Assembly: GCA_050951545.1 (NCBI GenBank)
Contig: JBMNJG010000005.1
Location: 326,483 to 390,482, forward strand
From: Limnochordia bacterium
Lineage (GTDB): Bacteria; Bacillota; Limnochordia; DTU080
Direction of reading: 5' to 3'
Length of the DNA: 64,000 nucleotides
A program made the translations under genes and the position numbers. Positions 50,857-61,539 of this stretch are shown here, in pieces. Below the pieces are notes generated by a model, which saw only the letters and a list, made by a program, of their open reading frames with translations, was not told the DNA's origin and ran no database searches. Every line of letters starts with the position of its first letter. Position 1 is the first letter of the stretch.

Positions 50857-51717
50857 GTGCTTACCCCTGGAATATGGACTGCCATGTATGTGGAACAAGG
50901 TCTGGACACTGCGATAAGTACGCTTCACGCACTGGGATGGAAGGCTTTTGAGTGCTCATCCGAACATGTAGAGATGATCGATGCTGACAACGACCCCCTG
51001 GCACGTATCGCCGAAACCAGGCAAGCCTTAGACGAGCTGGGCTGCGAAATGCCCCAAGCGCACGCCCTCTTGCCCGCTGATGTGGCACATCCGGACCCGC
51101 AGCGTCGTCACGAGTACATGGCGATACTCGCTCGGCACTTGCACATCTGCGCCGCCTTGGGGGTAAGGAATGTAGTCATCCATCCTGGTTCCGGGGGCGG
51201 CGGTTACACAACGCCCGAAGAGCGCAATCGCATCGTAGAGTTAAACGTCAAGAACTTCAGGCGTCTGGGAGATCAGGCTGGCGAGTTGGGCCTCAGCATT
51301 GGTATCGAAAACATGCCAGCAGCCCGCGGCGCTACGAAACGTATTGGCGTCCACCCCGATGAACTGCTCGATCTGCTCGCCCAGATGGACCATCCGGCCC
51401 TCGGGATCACCATCGATACCGACCACACCCAAGCCTCCGGGTTGGACACGGCTGATGTCATACGGCAGTTTGGGAAGCATATTATCGCTACCCACATCTC
51501 GGATAGCGACGGACGCAGCCTCTCACACCGGACTCCCGGCAATGCCACGATCGACTGGACCTCGGTTATGAAGGCCTTGCGGAATGTCGGATATAGGGGC
51601 ATTTTCAATCTGGAGATCCCCGGTGAGCGCCATCGCGAACCTGCTATCGTGGAAATGAAGGTTCGCCATGCTCGCCAAGTAACGGATTGGCTGGTTAATC
51701 AAGTCAATGCAGTCTGA
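50857..51717 (+). CDS. Sugar phosphate isomerase/epimerase (xylose isomerase-like TIM barrel)
   Basis: GAAGGAGG SD before GTG 50857; IGIENM, DTDH, THISD, HRTPG and NLE. Confidence 0.85.
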   Translation: MLTPGIWTAMYVEQGLDTAISTLHALGWKAFECSSEHVEMIDADNDPLARIAETRQALDELGCEMPQAHALLPADVAHPDPQRRHEYMAILARHLHICAALGVRNVVIHPGSGGGGYTTPEERNRIVELNVKNFRRLGDQAGELGLSIGIENMPAARGATKRIGVHPDELLDLLAQMDHPALGITIDTDHTQASGLDTADVIRQFGKHIIATHISDSDGRSLSHRTPGNATIDWTSVMKALRNVGYRGIFNLEIPGERHREPAIVEMKVRHARQVTDWLVNQVNAV

Positions 51718-51767
51718 GAACCGATGTGAGTACCTACTACTGTGCCACGAGTTAGGAGTGATTACAG

Positions 51768-53507
51768 GTGCAGATCGGTGTTCTGATGACAAAGCCCGGA
51801 AACGAACCTTCCAGTGCTCGCTATGCTGGCTATGTCACTGAGATTCTGGCTCATGCTGGACTACCTTGGATCCCTGTCGATGTAGCCAAACTGGAGGAAG
51901 CGTTGCCTGAGATAGCGGTGCTGGTCTTGCCAGCTCACCGTCCTCTCGAACCCGAGCAACAGGCAGCGATCAACAGCTTTGTCCAACACGGCAACGTGCT
52001 TATCGCCTGTGGAGGCACCTCAGGTCTGGACGGCCTACTGGGCTGTCGGGACCAGGGGCCGCTGGCAGAGGCCTGGTTCCGGCCAGTAGGTGACGGCACA
52101 CATGCCGTCATACAATCAATGGATGCACGTCATCCCCTGCACGCCTTCGGCGGCCGGCTAGTGGAGGCGAGCAGCGATGTCACGGTCCTCGCTGAGTGGC
52201 TGGAGGCCGCGCACTACTGTTCCGATTCGGACACATGGTCACAGGCTTCGCTGGGGCCTGCGGCGACTATCCGCAGGGCTGGAACTGGCTACGCACTGCT
52301 TATCGCGGCGGACCTCGTGCACAGTGTCGTTCGCATTCAGCAAGGCAAGCCTATTCATTTCGACGGACAGCCCGCCGCCGATGGCACAGCACCTGTCAAC
52401 GATGGCATTCTCAAGACCGATGATGGCCTCGTCCTTGACTACGAGCGTGACCGAGTGCCCGTGGCAGATACACGCTTCTTCGGATACGGCATCGCCGATC
52501 AGTGGCGTGAACTGCTTATCCGTGCCGTGCTTTGGGGGCTACAGACCACGAAGACAGCGCTACCCATGCTCTGGTACTGGCCTGAGCTCACAAAGGCTGT
52601 CGGGCTCTTGTCGCACGACACCGATGGCAATGACCCTGCCCTGGCGGAGGTCTTGCTCGGAAACTTGTGTCAGCTGGGAGTGCCCTCGACGTGGTGCCTG
52701 CAATACCCGGGAGGCTATGCGCCCACCTTTTACCGACAACTCAACCGCCAGGGCTATGAGATCGCCCTCCACTATGACGCCTTCACACAGAGAGGACGCG
52801 CCTACTGGAGAGAAGACGATTTCCGCCTGCAGTTGGACTGGCTACGCGACATGGCAGGCACGCCCATTATCTCCAACAAGAATCACTATCTGCGCTGGCA
52901 GGGCCTAGACGAGTTCTTTGTCTGGCTCGAACGGGCTGGTGTTCTTTCAGACGAATCGAAGGGCCCCAGCAAAACAGGCAATACGGGCTTTCCCTTCGGT
53001 GGCTGCCACCCATGGTTTCCCGTGCACGAGCACACGCTGCGGATGATCGACGTGCTCGAGGTAAATCTGGCCACACAGGACTTGGCCCTCACCTGCCCCG
53101 CAGAGGTCGGTCCTGCAGTCGTCGATTGGGCCTTGGCTCACTATGGCGTGGCTCACTTTCTGTTTCATCCTGCACATGCCGCCAAACCACCAGTGGCAGA
53201 AGCCATGCGCTCTGTGGTCACCTATGCGCAAGGCAAGGGCATTCCCTGGTGGACGAATAACCAGATCCAAGACTGGGAGCGACGACGTCGCCAAGTTAGC
53301 ATGCGCCTCAGCGAAGGTTCTGGTGTTCCCGCCTGGACAGTAGAGGCCACACAGGCCATGCCCGGAGCCACGCTCCTGTGGTTCGGTTCACAACCACCCA
53401 GTGTAGCCGGCACCAAGAAGAGCTGTGAGATCGAGGTCTACGGCTTCAAGGCCTCAGCCTTTGTGGTGGACCTAGAAGCAGGCCAGGAACTGGTCGTGAA
53501 AGCGTAA
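51768..53507 (+). CDS. Hypothetical protein with a C-terminal deacetylase-like barrel
   Basis: LSHDTD, EIALHY, NHYLRW, GFPFGGCHP and LFHP motifs. Confidence 0.65.
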   Translation: MQIGVLMTKPGNEPSSARYAGYVTEILAHAGLPWIPVDVAKLEEALPEIAVLVLPAHRPLEPEQQAAINSFVQHGNVLIACGGTSGLDGLLGCRDQGPLAEAWFRPVGDGTHAVIQSMDARHPLHAFGGRLVEASSDVTVLAEWLEAAHYCSDSDTWSQASLGPAATIRRAGTGYALLIAADLVHSVVRIQQGKPIHFDGQPAADGTAPVNDGILKTDDGLVLDYERDRVPVADTRFFGYGIADQWRELLIRAVLWGLQTTKTALPMLWYWPELTKAVGLLSHDTDGNDPALAEVLLGNLCQLGVPSTWCLQYPGGYAPTFYRQLNRQGYEIALHYDAFTQRGRAYWREDDFRLQLDWLRDMAGTPIISNKNHYLRWQGLDEFFVWLERAGVLSDESKGPSKTGNTGFPFGGCHPWFPVHEHTLRMIDVLEVNLATQDLALTCPAEVGPAVVDWALAHYGVAHFLFHPAHAAKPPVAEAMRSVVTYAQGKGIPWWTNNQIQDWERRRRQVSMRLSEGSGVPAWTVEATQAMPGATLLWFGSQPPSVAGTKKSCEIEVYGFKASAFVVDLEAGQELVVKA

Positions 53508-53528
53508 CTAAGACTTGGCACACCTCTT

Positions 53529-53556
53529 GCGGGTCCCGGACAACACCGAGACCCGC
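53529..53556 (+). terminator. Terminator hairpin
   Basis: GCGGGTCCCGG/CCGAGACCCGC followed by TTT. Confidence 0.6.
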
Positions 53557-53597
53557 TTTGCCCTGAGATGGGCATCACAACCGCTCGCAAGCCCCAG

Positions 53598-54098
53598 CTA
53601 AAATGCCAGACTCACAATGGCTCCTACCAGACCCGCCTCAAGCCATATTCCTTGCCACATCTTCTTGGCTCGACCGTGCGGCAAAGTGCCATCGTGACTG
53701 GGGAAGCGTGACTTGCCTTTCCAACCGAGCCGCCGCAGCACATGCGGTAGATCGGGCAAAACACCGCCCGCAGCTCCCGCAATGAGGCGCCAATCGCCGG
53801 TGCGGCTGAACTCCTGTTTGATGAAGGCTCCCGCAGCGACCAGAAGCGCAACCTGAGTGACCTCGTTATACTCCCAATGAGGCATGGCATCGAGCAAAGT
53901 GTGACTAGCCAATCCCACTGCGAAAGCACCTTCCACACTGCCCGTCGTAGGACCAAGAGCGGCGCCCACCAGGGCATGACCGCCACCGCTAGACGCGGAT
54001 ACCGAAGGGGCTGAACACCCCAGAATAGAGATCACACAGAGCAGGCTATGCACGACTAGCCAATGCCGCTTGCAAGCCATCAGATGCCTCCTGTACAC
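53598..54098 (-). CDS. Membrane protein, metal-dependent hydrolase-like
   Basis: HALVG, SHTLLDAMPH and LPDLPH motifs among hydrophobic segments. Confidence 0.6.
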   Translation of the reverse strand: MYRRHLMACKRHWLVVHSLLCVISILGCSAPSVSASSGGGHALVGAALGPTTGSVEGAFAVGLASHTLLDAMPHWEYNEVTQVALLVAAGAFIKQEFSRTGDWRLIAGAAGGVLPDLPHVLRRLGWKGKSRFPSHDGTLPHGRAKKMWQGIWLEAGLVGAIVSLAF

Positions 54099-54937
54099 CC
54101 CTCGTCACTCCAGATGCGGCGAATAAACTCCACTGCCTGAGCTACGCCTGTACGATCAGGGGCCTCACCCGAGTATTCGATAGTCAGATAACCACAGTAG
54201 CCCTGGCGACACAGATAGCGCAGAATCTGCTCAGTACCGACCTCGCCCTCCCCTAAGAGCGTGCCGACATATACCTGATCAGGCTGGCCAGGCACGGGAA
54301 ATCCCTTATGATCGGATGCAGACACCGCCTTGAAGTCCTTGAGGTGCATGTGCACCACTCGGGGATAGAGCCGTTCGAGTGCTGCCAGAGGATTCTCTCC
54401 TGCTAGGAGGAAGTTGCCGTCATCGACAGTAAACGATAGCAAAGGTGCCTGCTCCAGAAAACGTACCATCTGTGACAGACGGCCCCGAAACTGTGCCAAC
54501 CCCCCATGGTTCTCGGTGGTAACGATCACGCCCACCTGCTGCCCATACTGTGCCACCACACGCAGGGCCTCGCCAATGCGCTCCCGCGCCCGATCGTCAG
54601 CGATATCCGCCTTCGGCGACCCTGTACTCAGCATGACCTTCGAGGCGCCGAGCCGCTTGCCGCGGTCAATTTCGTCTCGCATCTCTTGCACGGCCCGCCG
54701 AAAGCGTGCCTCATCTTCGGTCACGAAGTCCTTACTAATGATGTACGTGGGAAAATCAAGTTGATGCTGCGCCAGTAACTCGCGAACCGCCTCCTCGCCC
54801 AAACGCGCCACGTCGCTATTGGAGATTTCGACTCCATCCGCGCCGAGCTCCGCACAGGCAGCGAAAAAACCGGGCAGCGACATGGAACCGCTGCGCATAT
54901 CACGAGCGAATGAATAGGGCATTACCGAAATCTGCAT
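54080..54937 (-). CDS. Sugar phosphate isomerase/epimerase (xylose isomerase-like TIM barrel)
   Basis: DGVE, ENHG, DDGNF, HMHLKD, LGEG and TIEY. Confidence 0.88.
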   Translation of the reverse strand: MQISVMPYSFARDMRSGSMSLPGFFAACAELGADGVEISNSDVARLGEEAVRELLAQHQLDFPTYIISKDFVTEDEARFRRAVQEMRDEIDRGKRLGASKVMLSTGSPKADIADDRARERIGEALRVVAQYGQQVGVIVTTENHGGLAQFRGRLSQMVRFLEQAPLLSFTVDDGNFLLAGENPLAALERLYPRVVHMHLKDFKAVSASDHKGFPVPGQPDQVYVGTLLGEGEVGTEQILRYLCRQGYCGYLTIEYSGEAPDRTGVAQAVEFIRRIWSDEGCTGGI

Positions 54938-55065
54938 GAACAGCCCACTCCTTCATAAGTCCCTCTACGCTAGAGGCCATCGACATGAGCGCCCTTTATA
55001 GTCATTGCTCGTGGTGAGCGGCCTAGGGTGCCCATGCGCTGACTCCCTTTGATAATGCTCGCCTA

Positions 55066-55100
55066 GCGATGTATTCCCCTCGGGCGCTTCTGCCCCTGCA
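55066..55100 (-). promoter_or_regulatory. Sigma-H-like promoter
   Basis: TGCAGGG-N14-GGGGAATACATCGC, the same boxes and spacing as at 60692-60726. Confidence 0.55.
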
Positions 55101-55267
55101 AGCTCAAATAGCCCAAAGGAGGTGCATGGATCCCGCTAGATTTGCTCACGCTGGCTCACTAGCGGTGTGTGACACCCCTCCTGGCCACTCGGGGTCATTG
55201 CCGGGCACCGTGGCTGGCTACGTGCGCGTGAGCCCTCCCGATGTTCCGCGGGCCTACTCACGTCATC

Positions 55268-58200
55268 TTAGAGCCTTATGCCGAACACGGCCTGGCCAGT
55301 CTGCAGGTGTTCCGCCGGCGCGTAGTCGTGAAAGGCCAGCCGGAAATGCATGATCTCTATGTCTTCGGGACCGTGCCCGCTTAGAATCAGCTTGTACCAA
55401 CCGTCAGGTGAGCCGTCTGACACCTCCACATCATATGGCACGCTGAGCCATCGCTCCCCGTCGGCCGTGACGGCAAGATCGACCGAACTGGCAACGTCCT
55501 GGGTTCGGGAGTAGATGGTGATGGCAAACTCCCGCAGTATCGGAGTGTCCCAGACCAGGTACTCCGCCGTATCTGCCTTTCGCACCATGCGACTGGCATC
55601 TCCGAAAAGGCTCTCAGGTGCATCGGTGTACGCCCAGCCTTCTGACTCTAGGGCCGTCTTGCGTCTGTCGAGGACGCCGAACCAGCCGCCCTCCATAGGA
55701 GGATCAAAGTGGTCGGTTAGCTTACCTCTGTTACGGACGGAGAAGCCGCGAGACTGGGTAATTGATTGGCCATCCTCGTCCGTAGCTCTCACGACCAACT
55801 CGTACTGGCCATCTCCAAATTGGTACGTATCGATGCTGCAGCTATTCGCGGGCGGTGCGTCCGTGCCGCTGCAGATGACCCTCCCGTCCATCTCAACAGA
55901 GAACTCCCGCATGGTCACATCCGCGTATCTTTCAATGCGCACATCTACAGGCACTTCGCCGCTCAGGATCCACTTCTGGGGCCAGCCGATGTTGACGTGC
56001 CACTTCTGTCTAGACTGCAGCCTATCGGCCCAGGTTGCCTCTGCCAGCATCTCGTCTGATAGGGCAGCCGCCTCATCCATGTCGTAGTACTCGCGATCGA
56101 CTCTGGTTACCGCTTGCAGACGAGGTCCATATAGCACCTTGGCATCTGGGTAGACTTCGCGGATGACGCGCACATCAAAGAATAGGTGATGCCACTCGCC
56201 ATCGTCGATCAGCGCGCATTGCCCAGCTCGTGGCAGTGCCTGGTCGAGGGCAACAGCGGGGCTGACAGCCACATAGGCCCGGAGATCCTCTTCGGTCGGC
56301 GAAAACGCCTGCAGGTAGAGCGCCACTGGTGTTCCCGGCGACACCCGGTAGCGCACGTAGCCAGTGGGACGCTGGTCGATGTCCCAATGAGCAGATGAGC
56401 CCCTCACCACAACGGGCACCGAGTGGCCGTCTTCCAGCTTGATGATAAACGCTCCGTTTTCTAGGGCTCTCGTCATCTTGGCCGGGTCCACGCTGACTGT
56501 GAATGTGGTCGCCGCGTCGCTTGTGAGGATCCCGCTCGCTGGCTCAACCTGCAGCCAATCGAAGGTGTCGTTCTTCTTGATCGTGAAGCCCTGCTCGCCG
56601 CCGCTCAGCGCTCCAACCTGTAGCGTGACTACCTCAGGCGATCCGTCCCAGACCTTGACGCGCTGTTTGTCGATCTTGGCATCTAACGGTCGCCAAGGCA
56701 TCATTGCGCTTTGCCCAGACTCAAACGCACCCATGTCAGGCGCCACTCCACTGTAGGTGTCGGAGAAGTTCGCTAACACCTGGCCAGCATCTACACCTAG
56801 GCTACCTGGCTTTGGTCTGAAGTCCCCATACGCTTGGCCTTCGAGAGCTGGCACGCCAGAGATCCCGTGAGCTTCGGACCCCGAAACAACATTAACACGG
56901 CCTTGGCCATCCGGAGCAGCAGTGTTACCTATCAGATCGAAGTCAAAGTCATTCTCTTTCAGACCCAAACCATCACTCAGGGAGTACCGGCGTGCCTCAG
57001 AACTGACGAGCACGTTGTTTCTGCTTGTCGCCAGGTAGCGGCCTCGATCAGGCGAAGGCTCGTTGCCGAAGCCGACGGCGTTGATGCCATGCCCCTTGCC
57101 GTACATGGTGTTATGGAAGAAAAAGTGCCTACCCCGCGAGTGTTCATTCCCGCCACCGTTCTTGACGGCTGACCCTACCGCGCCCGTTTCGTCCCCCAGA
57201 TTGGCAATGAGGTTGCGGTAGATATAAGACGGGCCGAGTCTGTTGGGGGCCGTACTGATGCCGCACAAGAATCCTTCTATTCTATTACCGAAGAAGCGAA
57301 CATTCATCTGTCCGCCGTCAAGCTCAATGCCATCGTCGTTTCCGTACAGGAATAGGTTGCCGTAGATGTCACTATCGCGGGAGAAACTTCCGTCATCGCA
57401 CCCGTTACATCCGCCCTCAATCGCATCGTTCCAACGGTGATCGTCGCTACCGATAAAATCGTTGTAACGCACTACGATGTCACCGCCGCCCAACCGGCTG
57501 TGTACATACATGGCCTCGGGCCCAGTGGGATGCGACGATTCCCAGGTTGGTCCAGCCCACGCGTTGGCTGTATTGCGAGGGTCGTGGATGTAATTGCGCT
57601 CGACAACGATCCGGCCGGCATCCCATATTCGGATCCCGGCGTCATAGTTGATCACACTGCCGCGTTCATCGTGGTACTGGCCAGTTTCTGGGTTCTGATC
57701 CCCCAGTCGCCCGTAGCCAGCGATATCGCAGTTAACCACCCAGACATGCTCCGAGTTGGTGATGTTGATCCCGTGGCGCCTGCCGCCTCGCACTATCAGG
57801 TTCTCAAGGATAAGGTAGCGAGAGTTCGTCACCACGACCGCCTCATCTGGGAGGTACTCTCCGTCGATTACCGTGGTGCCATTTCCGACAATCTTGATCC
57901 ATCCATCCTCTTCGCCAATCCACCTGTCGAGCACCAGCTTGCCGCCTGAATAAACCTCGTCGATGCGCACAACCCGGGAAACCTCTGGCTGGCCACTCCA
58001 AGTGGTGAAAGAGGTTTCGTGTACCTCGCTTGTTGCGCCACCTGCGTGCAATGTGACCTGCAAGTCGTAGGTGGTAGCCTCCTTCAAGCCAACAATGCTG
58101 CCCCTGAACTGGTTCTGGCTAGGTGCGTGGACGGGCGGGTAGGCTTTCCTCCAATCGTGGGTCCCATGCCTACGGTAGGCCATGTCGACCTGGGCGACCC

Positions 58201-58361
58201 CTTCCGCGGCGTCGATGTAAACGCTTGCGGATTCGAAAGTGGTCACAACAGTTACCCTCTCATGTGGCGTCTATAGCCCCAACGGTTGATGACACGACCA
58301 TAAGAAACCCGAGCACAGGGAAGAAACCGAGTCGTAGCCTGCAACACACCACGGACAGCAA
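55268..58361 (-). CDS. Secreted right-handed beta-helix (pectate lyase-like) protein with BACON-like and Ig-like C-terminal domains; +1 frameshift near 58266
   Basis: Beta-helix repeats (NDDGIELDG, YIYRNL, APDMGAFE), WLQVEPASG; signal peptide MLSVVCCRLRLGFFPVLGFLMVVSSTVGA from TTG 58361 (GGGAGG SD) lies one base out of frame with the 58246 ORF. Confidence 0.8.
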
Positions 58362-58362
58362 C

Positions 58363-59361
58363 TCACATGCCTCCCATCCGACCCGCCGTCCACTCTCTCA
58401 GGCGCAGCTCAAGCTGGGCCGCGCCCCCCCGCGCAAGCTCCTGAATCAGCTGAAGCTCGTCAAAAGAAGCATAGAGGGCGTGGCGCCAGCGCGTGTATCC
58501 GAAGGGCAACTCTGCCTGTGCATGCCACTGGACAAGCAACTCCTCGAGCGCTTGCACCCCTTGTTTCGTAGCCTCATACCAACTGACCTCGGCCTGACGA
58601 GCGATCCAGGTCTCGATCGAAAGCCCATCCCGTTGAGGATCCAGATAGCCCCTGGCCACCGGATCGACTGACACCCATTGGGCAGCCCGCTCAATGGACC
58701 GCCACACCTCTTCTGGGCGCAACCACCATCCACCGTGAACACCCGCTAGCAAGCGAATCACTCGCGGCGCTAGATCCCTGAGTATGCACTCGGCAAGGAC
58801 TATCACATGATGGCCAACGCCCTGGTCTGAGTCGAGGTCGTGTTCGGCGTCCCAGGTCAGAAGCTTGAGCTTGGCCCAATCGTGCAAGATGATTGCCGCG
58901 ACGAGCGCATCCCGGTCGCACTCAGCGCCCTTGATGCGCTGCGCCTGCTCTCTTAAGTGAAGTGCTGCCTGCAGGTTTAGAGCCGTATGCAGCGCCCATC
59001 CTCCCGGATAGCAGTGATGGCTAGAAAGAGCAGCTCCGGGGGCCGCCCACGTGGGGTCATAGGGTAAGCTAGCGGCAAGCTTGGCCAGACTCGTCTGTTG
59101 GGCCGCTGTATGCGGCACACTGGCTACCGGATCACTGAGCAGGAGCGCGCGTGAGGCCGCCAACGTACTGTGCGTACCCTGTTCGAGCCGGGCATCCTGA
59201 CAGCCCGCTGCCATCAGCATGGCACCAACCGTAGCTCGCAGATGCTCGTCGCTGATCGAAAGGACTGTACTGAGAACGAAATCCCTAGCCCTAGCCACTC
59301 TGTCGGAGCGCTGTGCCATCTGCCACGGCGTCTGAAAAAACCGAAGCCCTTGATCCTCCAC
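58363..59361 (-). CDS. HD-domain-like metal-dependent phosphohydrolase, hypothetical
   Basis: SHHCYPGGWALHT, ILHDWAK, GHH and VHG motifs. Confidence 0.6.
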   Translation of the reverse strand: MEDQGLRFFQTPWQMAQRSDRVARARDFVLSTVLSISDEHLRATVGAMLMAAGCQDARLEQGTHSTLAASRALLLSDPVASVPHTAAQQTSLAKLAASLPYDPTWAAPGAALSSHHCYPGGWALHTALNLQAALHLREQAQRIKGAECDRDALVAAIILHDWAKLKLLTWDAEHDLDSDQGVGHHVIVLAECILRDLAPRVIRLLAGVHGGWWLRPEEVWRSIERAAQWVSVDPVARGYLDPQRDGLSIETWIARQAEVSWYEATKQGVQALEELLVQWHAQAELPFGYTRWRHALYASFDELQLIQELARGGAAQLELRLREWTAGRMGGM

Positions 59362-59395
59362 AACTGCAGCTCCTTAGCTATGCCAGGCGCCCAAC

Positions 59396-60655
59396 CTAGT
59401 CTAACTCTCGGCGGATAATCTGTACCGCCCGAGTGAGATTATCGGGACGCCCACCTAAGGTACACAGATCACGCAAAGAGATCTCGAGTGTGCAGCCTGT
59501 GGCTGCCTGCACGCTGCGGCGGATATGCTGAGCATAGGCCTCTTCATCGAGATCGCTTGTCACCGCCAGGTAGTTGGGACTTGGCTTACGACAGTAGATG
59601 ACACGGGTGCCACGGAGGTATTCGCCCATCGCCTCTTCATTGCACCACGGAGAAACCGATACCTTTCGCAGGTGGGGCAACGTCCGCAACCAGGGCTCCC
59701 AGACCTCATGAACCGGCTCACAGCAACCATAGTAGATAAGACCAAACTCCCGAGCCAGATCGTGGAAGTAGGGGGCGACGAACTCCCCATACATGGCGGG
59801 CGCGACACCCACCATCTCTTGGGCGTTCATGTTGAACCACAGATCCTGAGCGCGAACCTGACCAGTTCGCTTGCACTCCTCGCTTGGCAACGCATCGGTG
59901 AAACCATAGCTCCCTGAGCCCGCATAGTCGTTATCGTTATTTAGCGTCAACAGGCCTTCAGACTCTTGCCAGCGGATCCAGGCCAGCAGATCGTCCTTGA
60001 GAAAGGCCATCATGCGGTGGAACTCCTCCGGATAGTCGAGCATCGAATAGAGCATGTTCTCCATGCCCATCAGTCGCAGTGCCCGGCCAACTAACGCCCC
60101 AACCCACGCCAGGCTCGTGTTCTTCACCACTACAAACAGAATGTCGCCCAGCACGTCCTCCGCAAACGCTCTCCACGCAGCCGTTGCTACGCGGTCTACG
60201 CCCCAGGCCGACGGCTGTAACAAGTGGAAGTCTTGCCGCAGGTCCTTGATGGGAGGATCCCAGTGGTAGCCCCATTCCCTACCGGAGAGATCCCTTGCTC
60301 GGGTGTTAGGGATGTCCAGGTTACACAGCCTACACCATACACGCTGCGTTACAGAGAAGAAATCAGGGACGACTTTGTCATCATCCACGATCTCGTGGTT
60401 GCTGATCCAAAAGAGCAGTTGACTCTCGATGGCTCGCGCCGCTGGAGAAACACAACGAAGGGCAGGAAACATCTCTAGCTGGGCATCTCCTGGTACGTCA
60501 ACCACCACGATAGGCGGGCCGCCACGACCGGCATTGTGTTCCTGCCAGGCTTGGCGACGCTGCTCCATGATCGGTAGAGCAGCGTATTCCCGCTGCTTTC
60601 TCGCCAGCTCTCGCAGATAGGCTCTCTCCCGCGGTTCAAGCGTCAAAGTGGCCAT
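59396..60655 (-). CDS. URO-D/methyltransferase-fold hypothetical protein
   Basis: LMGMENMLYSMLDYPE, QEMVGVAP, YYGCCE and KVSVSPW. Confidence 0.7.
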   Translation of the reverse strand: MATLTLEPRERAYLRELARKQREYAALPIMEQRRQAWQEHNAGRGGPPIVVVDVPGDAQLEMFPALRCVSPAARAIESQLLFWISNHEIVDDDKVVPDFFSVTQRVWCRLCNLDIPNTRARDLSGREWGYHWDPPIKDLRQDFHLLQPSAWGVDRVATAAWRAFAEDVLGDILFVVVKNTSLAWVGALVGRALRLMGMENMLYSMLDYPEEFHRMMAFLKDDLLAWIRWQESEGLLTLNNDNDYAGSGSYGFTDALPSEECKRTGQVRAQDLWFNMNAQEMVGVAPAMYGEFVAPYFHDLAREFGLIYYGCCEPVHEVWEPWLRTLPHLRKVSVSPWCNEEAMGEYLRGTRVIYCRKPSPNYLAVTSDLDEEAYAQHIRRSVQAATGCTLEISLRDLCTLGGRPDNLTRAVQIIRRELD

Positions 60656-60691
60656 GTGTCCCAGTACCCCCCAGCACTCACAGACCTACTG

Positions 60692-60726
60692 GCGATGTAT
60701 TCCCCGCTGAACCATGGAGCCCTGCA
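60692..60726 (-). promoter_or_regulatory. Sigma-H-like promoter
   Basis: TGCAGGG-N14-GGGGAATACATCGC, ~37 nt upstream of the 60655 start. Confidence 0.55.
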
Positions 60727-60859
60727 AACATGGACAGCAGGAACCGGCGAGGATGTGACCGCTCCACAGAGGCCATCGCTTCGTCGTAGCGTTTACGCGC
60801 CTTGTCGGCTTCGCGAGATTTGTCGGTGAGCTGGCGAGATAGCAGAAGTCCGTTGTGTG

Positions 60860-61539
60860 CCGTAGTACTTACGGCTGGCGACACGCCACCCGATGTAATC
60901 GTCACGGGTCCTTATTCGCCCTTTCAAGAGGCCTCCCTGGGGTTATTGGAGCCACTAGATCGCTACTTGGCTCGCTGGAAGTACACATCCCGTTTCCCAA
61001 CAGGACGGTGGGACGTTCTGAGCTGGCAAGGCCAAGTTGTGGCAGTTCCGCAGAGCCTGGATCTGCGCGGCATCGGCTATAACAAGCGGCTCTATGCTGA
61101 ATCAGGTCTCGATCCAGAGAGACCGCCCTCGAGCTGGGAGGAGTTGTCTCAATACACAAAGCGACTTACCCGCACCGAGGGTGGCAGGGTAACCGTACGT
61201 GGATATTGGTGCCACACTACGACTGGTGGTGTGGCGCAGCAGCTCTACTGGTTTATGCGCCAGGCTGGCCTGTCTGAGGTCACTAACGAAGGCACGTCGA
61301 ATCTTCTGCATCCAGAAGCACACGAAGCCCTACAGGCATCCTTAGAGCTTTGGGACGCCGGGCAGAACAGCATGCCTGCTTCGGGAAGAAACGACTTTAC
61401 GCTAGGCCAGGTCGCTATGCAGTACCTTTCCCCACCCAACCTGTCTTGGCTGCAGGATTCTGGTATGATGTCGATCTCCAACGTCGGCTTGTTCGCTCCG
61501 CGTCGTAGCCCAGACAGCGTGCCAGTCGGAGATCACTAA
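60860..61539 (+). pseudogene. Internal fragment of an ABC sugar-binding protein
   Basis: AGDTPPDV, GLLEPLD, GYNKRLYAESGLDP..PSSWEEL; no signal peptide or C-terminus. Confidence 0.7.

Noticed and set aside
55069-55353. ORF with AAAGGAGG near ATG 55126
   Set aside because: SD spacing is only 3 nt, it overlaps a convergent gene, and it has no protein-like features.
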